Part shown: piece by piece, positions 60,229 to 64,000 of the stretch | Numbering within the stretch: position 1 is the first letter of the stretch | How the letters are laid out: every line of letters starts with the position of its first letter | Source of the DNA: Vulcanimicrobiota bacterium | GTDB taxonomy: Bacteria > Vulcanimicrobiota > Vulcanimicrobiia > Vulcanimicrobiales > Vulcanimicrobiaceae | Assembly: GCA_963786105.1 (NCBI GenBank) | Contig: CAWAXX010000009.1 | Span: forward strand, 25,957 to 89,956 | Direction: 5' to 3' | Length of the DNA stretch: 64,000 nt | Made by a program: the position numbers and the translations under genes | The notes under the pieces: generated by a model | What the model saw: only the letters and a program-made list of their open reading frames with translations | Database searches by the model: none | What the model was told of the DNA's origin: nothing

Positions 60229-61323
60229 ATGCCCTTCTCGTGCGGAATCGTCGGCTTGCCGAACGTCGGCAAGTCAACCATTTTTAATGCGCTCACGCGT
60301 ACGGCGCAAGCGCTGGCTGCCAACTATCCGTTCGCTACGATCGAACCGAACGTCGGCGAGGTAGCGGTTCCCGACGAACGCTTGCGCGTTTTACAAACGC
60401 TGGTCAACGGACAGCGCATCGTTCCGGCCACCGTCCGCTTCGTCGACATCGCCGGCTTGGTGCGCGGGGCCAGCACCGGACAGGGGCTCGGCAACGCGTT
60501 CTTGAGTCACATTCGAGAAACCGACGCCATCGCGATGGTGGTGCGCTGCTTTGAAGATCCTAACGTCACTCACGTCGAGCACCATCCCGACCCCAAACGC
60601 GACATCGAGATCGTCGCAATCGAGCTGGCGCTGGCCGATCTCGCAACGATGCAAAAGCGCATTCCCAAGCTGGAGCGCGAGATTCGGGCGAATCCCAAGC
60701 TACGCGAGAGTTTGGAAGCAGCGCAGCGAATCGCGGCAGCGCTGGAAGACGGTCGCCCGGCGCGCACCTTTCCGGCGGGTTCGCCGGAAGCGCTGGTCGC
60801 GGCCGAGTCGTTTCTCCTGACCTCGCGTCCGCTGCTGTACGTTGCCAACGTCGACGAATCGCAGATCGGCAAGCCGGGACCCTTGGTTGACGCCGTTGGC
60901 GAGGTCGCCGAAGCGGAGAAGAGCCGGCTTGTGGTGTTGTCGGGCAAAGTGGAAGCCGAGATGGCCGGTCTCTCGGAGGACGAAGCGCGCGAATTCCGTA
61001 CCGAGCTGGGGCTCGATCGTAGTGGCCTGGACGAACTCGCGATCGCCGCCTACGATTTGCTCGGCCTGATGACGTTCCTAACGGCCGGAGAGAAGGAAGT
61101 GCGGGCCTGGACGATACCGCGCGGAACCAAAGCACCCGAAGCCGCGGGCCGGATCCACGGCGACATCGAGCGCGGCTTTATCCGCGCGGAGATCGTTTCG
61201 TACGACGATTACGTCGAGTATCGCACGATGGACGCGCTCAAGGCGGCGGGCCTCGTGCGAAGCGAGGGCCGCGAGTACGTCATGCGTGAGGGAGACGTCG
61301 TCAACTTCCGTTTCAACGTCTAG
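60229..61323 (+). CDS. ychF: Redox-regulated ATPase YchF
   Basis: GIVGLPNVGKST, NYPFATIEPN, DIAGLV, GFIRAE, FRFNV. Confidence 0.97.
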   Translation: MPFSCGIVGLPNVGKSTIFNALTRTAQALAANYPFATIEPNVGEVAVPDERLRVLQTLVNGQRIVPATVRFVDIAGLVRGASTGQGLGNAFLSHIRETDAIAMVVRCFEDPNVTHVEHHPDPKRDIEIVAIELALADLATMQKRIPKLEREIRANPKLRESLEAAQRIAAALEDGRPARTFPAGSPEALVAAESFLLTSRPLLYVANVDESQIGKPGPLVDAVGEVAEAEKSRLVVLSGKVEAEMAGLSEDEAREFRTELGLDRSGLDELAIAAYDLLGLMTFLTAGEKEVRAWTIPRGTKAPEAAGRIHGDIERGFIRAEIVSYDDYVEYRTMDALKAAGLVRSEGREYVMREGDVVNFRFNV

Positions 61324-61380
61324 TCTCCGACTTTTTCTACACGACGCGGCAGAGGGGTCGGCTAACTCCGGGCGCAAGTC

Positions 61381-62673
61381 TTGTCGTCGGAGGCATCTAC
61401 CCCTATGGCGGTTATGGCGACCCCTGCGCGTGAAGTCTCGGTGTTCGGAGACGCGATTGCTTACTTCAAGGAAGCGGCCGATCTGCTCGAACTCGATGCC
61501 GGGATGCGGCGTATCCTCACGAGCCCGGCGCGTCAAATCATTTTTGCGATCCCGTTCCAGCGCGACTCGGGCGAGTTCGAGGTCTATACCGGCTATCGCG
61601 TACAGTTCAGTTTCGCGCGCGGTCCCGCAAAGGGAGGCATCCGCTACCATCCTGGCGTGACCCTCGACGAAGTGACGGCGCTGGCGTTCTGGATGACCTG
61701 GAAATGCGCGGTCGTCGACCTGCCATTCGGCGGCGGCAAAGGCGGGGTCACCTGCGACCCGACGACGCTCTCGATGAACGAGATCGAACGTATTACCCGT
61801 CGTTACGCCGCCGAGTTAGTGGAAGTCGTCGGACCCGACAAAGACGTGCCTGCGCCCGACGTCAACACGACGCCGCAGATCATGGCGTGGTTCATGGACA
61901 CGTACTCGATGCACGTTCGTCAGAACCAGCCAGGCGTGGTCACCGGAAAGCCGCTCGAAATCGGCGGCTCGCGCGGGCGCGTGGAGGCCACCGGCCGCGG
62001 CGTGACGATCTGCGCGCTCGATCAGATGAGCGAAATCGGTCTTCATCCCGAAAACGCCACGGTCGCCATCCAAGGATTCGGCAACGTCGGCAAGTACGCC
62101 GCCAAGCTTTTTGAAGAGCGCGGATGCCGCGTCGTCGGCATTTCCGACGTCACCGGCGCGTATTACAACCCGGACGGCATCTACGTCAGCGGTGCGATGA
62201 CGCACGTCTCACAGTTTGGCACGCTGGAAGGCTTCAAGGGCGGTGACAAAATCACCAACGCGGAACTGCTCGCGAGTCCGTGCGACGTGCTCGTTCCCGC
62301 TGCCCTCGAAAAAGTCTTCACCGCCGAATCGGCTGCGAAGGTTCGGGCAAAACTCATCGTCGAGGGTGCCAACGGTCCCACGACGCCGGAAGCCGATCGC
62401 ATCTTTAAAGAGAAGGGCATCATCGTCATCCCGGACATTATGGCCAACGCCGGCGGCGTGACCGTTTCGTACTTCGAGTGGGTCCAAGACCGAATGGGCT
62501 TTTTCTGGAAGGAATCCGAGGTCAACCAACGCCTCGAAGAGTTCTTGCTCGCGAATCTTCACGAAATTCGCGCGATCGGAAACGCGCGTGGCGCAACCCT
62601 TCGCACCGCTGCTTACACGTTGGCGATCGATCGCGTCGTGAAAGCGCTGAAGATGCGGGGCATCTACGCGTAG
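61381..62673 (+). CDS. Glu/Leu/Phe/Val dehydrogenase (glutamate dehydrogenase-like)
   Basis: [44 protein letters not shown]. Confidence 0.93.
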   Translation: MSSEASTPMAVMATPAREVSVFGDAIAYFKEAADLLELDAGMRRILTSPARQIIFAIPFQRDSGEFEVYTGYRVQFSFARGPAKGGIRYHPGVTLDEVTALAFWMTWKCAVVDLPFGGGKGGVTCDPTTLSMNEIERITRRYAAELVEVVGPDKDVPAPDVNTTPQIMAWFMDTYSMHVRQNQPGVVTGKPLEIGGSRGRVEATGRGVTICALDQMSEIGLHPENATVAIQGFGNVGKYAAKLFEERGCRVVGISDVTGAYYNPDGIYVSGAMTHVSQFGTLEGFKGGDKITNAELLASPCDVLVPAALEKVFTAESAAKVRAKLIVEGANGPTTPEADRIFKEKGIIVIPDIMANAGGVTVSYFEWVQDRMGFFWKESEVNQRLEEFLLANLHEIRAIGNARGATLRTAAYTLAIDRVVKALKMRGIYA

Positions 62674-62686
62674 CGCATAGCGCCGC

Positions 62687-62704
62687 GTCATCCCGAGCGG
62701 AGCG
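62687..62704 (+). repeat. REP-like half element GTCATCCCGAGCGGAGCG
   Basis: Exact reverse complement of 59596-59613; lies between convergent genes. Confidence 0.75.
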
Positions 62705-62715
62705 CTTTGACATCG

Positions 62716-64000
62716 CTATTTTGCGAACGCTCCGAGGTCTGAGAAATTTTTGGCGCGTATCAAGGGGACCAAGATGTTCGGCGGAGCGTAGGGGTCGGGA
62801 TAGCAGAAGTTGGGATTGGAGCAGCGCTTGCCGTTATAGGCGGCTCGGACGTTGATTTGGGGGATCTTCGTGCCGTAAGCTCCGTTGATGACGTTGATGA
62901 AAGCGAACGCCAACAACGCGTAGCCGGTGTTGGACGGATGCAGGCCGTCGAAACTCACCAGGCCACCCTCATAAGCCAGCGAGCAGCAGACGCCTTTACT
63001 GATATGAGACGCGAGCGCGTAATACGCATTGGTGGGTTTGCCGCTCGCGATGCCGGCAAAGATCGCCTGGACGTCAACGAGCGGAGTCCCGGTCTGCTGC
63101 GCGGCCGTATCGATGCCTTGGTTGATGGCGTCGTTGAGCGTCTGCACCTTTGCGGCGAATTCCGGCGTGATGTAATAAGTCCCCAACCCGCTGCCGGGCT
63201 TTCCACCGTCGAGATCCACCAGCTTGCCGTGCTCGTTGTAGTAACTGAGGACCGCGAGCGTCCCCTGCAGGGTCAAGTAGCCGCAGGGATTTGAGGTCGA
63301 CGTCGGCGTGCATCCGGCCGGCGTCGCAAGATTGTACGCTTTGGCGACCTGATTCGTCAGCAGCGTCGCAGTTTGGTATCCGTAGTCCACGGCAAGCAGG
63401 CAAACCACGTAGGTTTGAACGTTACAAGCGTTGGAGCTCTGCGATGGAACCGTCACTCGCTGAAAGTACGGCGTTTCCAGAATGTTCGGCAGGTTGGCTA
63501 GCACGACGTGCGCTCCGGCGCGCGTAAGCGTGCCGATCGTCGCGCGGACGTCGCTCGACGCTTGACCCGCAGACCGATCGCCGCCGTGAAAGAGTCCGCC
63601 GGAGCCCATGTATTTGAGCACGTCGTTGGCGCCGAGCCACACGATTGCGAGCGTCGGCTTGAGTTGAGCGGCGGCATTGACCATCGTGAGCTGCTGACCC
63701 ATGAACGCCCAGTTGCGCAGAACCGGCCAGAACGTGCTGCTCTCGCCGTCGACGACTTGCGCGAGCAAGCCGCGAATGCCGGGCAGCGATTTGCACGTGT
63801 TCGATTGGGGTCCGTAAAGCGTGTTGGCTTCGTGCAGCGTGATGCCGGGTACCGCAAGGTTCCGAATCGTCGTCGAAGTCGGATTCATCCGCGTGCGTTT
63901 GCTGCCGTCGAGCAGATAGCCCGCGGCGTTGAAGCCGCCGTCGTCGGCACAGGCGTTGCCGGGTTTTTCGACGCCGAAGGGCGCCGGCGGCAAAGCCGGT
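62716..64000 (-). CDS. SGNH/GDSL hydrolase, 5'-truncated by the window
   Basis: [25 protein letters not shown] blocks. Confidence 0.85.
   Translation of the reverse strand, partial: PALPPAPFGVEKPGNACADDGGFNAAGYLLDGSKRTRMNPTSTTIRNLAVPGITLHEANTLYGPQSNTCKSLPGIRGLLAQVVDGESSTFWPVLRNWAFMGQQLTMVNAAAQLKPTLAIVWLGANDVLKYMGSGGLFHGGDRSAGQASSDVRATIGTLTRAGAHVVLANLPNILETPYFQRVTVPSQSSNACNVQTYVVCLLAVDYGYQTATLLTNQVAKAYNLATPAGCTPTSTSNPCGYLTLQGTLAVLSYYNEHGKLVDLDGGKPGSGLGTYYITPEFAAKVQTLNDAINQGIDTAAQQTGTPLVDVQAIFAGIASGKPTNAYYALASHISKGVCCSLAYEGGLVSFDGLHPSNTGYALLAFAFINVINGAYGTKIPQINVRAAYNGKRCSNPNFCYPDPYAPPNILVPLIRAKNFSDLGAFAK

Overview
High-GC bacterial chromosomal window made up mostly of core genes. The Firmicutes-like synteny (rplU-prp, rplS-lepB-ylqF-rnhB-yraN, decarboxylase-tmk-holB, split gcvPA/PB, pdxST) together with many lipoproteins suggests a Terrabacteria lineage such as Ca. 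Eremiobacterota; this is inference only. Contents: the end of a sugar ABC operon, an APC/USP module, the trmD-rplS cluster with three tandem signal peptidases, rplU-prp without rpmA, an orphan sufB, speD/speE, the glycine cleavage system, a cysteine dioxygenase with a flavoprotein, scpAB-nfo, dinB, ubiX, ispE, pdxST, tmk-holB, mtnP, ychF and gdh. No rRNA, tRNA, CRISPR array, transposase or prophage was seen. Best leads: (1) a translationally coupled trio of an Fe-S PD-(D/E)XK nuclease, a catalytically degenerate UvrD-like pseudo-helicase and an Eis-like GNAT; (2) a ~190-nt highly structured leader in front of speD, plus a rod/terminator element in front of a Thermus-type speE; (3) a nested, modular palindromic repeat family; (4) an unannotated 45-aa ORF with a near-consensus promoter facing a CGNR regulator; (5) three genes whose natural N-termini lack a canonical start codon. 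Four frameshifts between 2.3 and 8.3 kb probably reflect assembly indels, so single-base claims need read-level checks. All calls are by eye from motifs; no database search was run.
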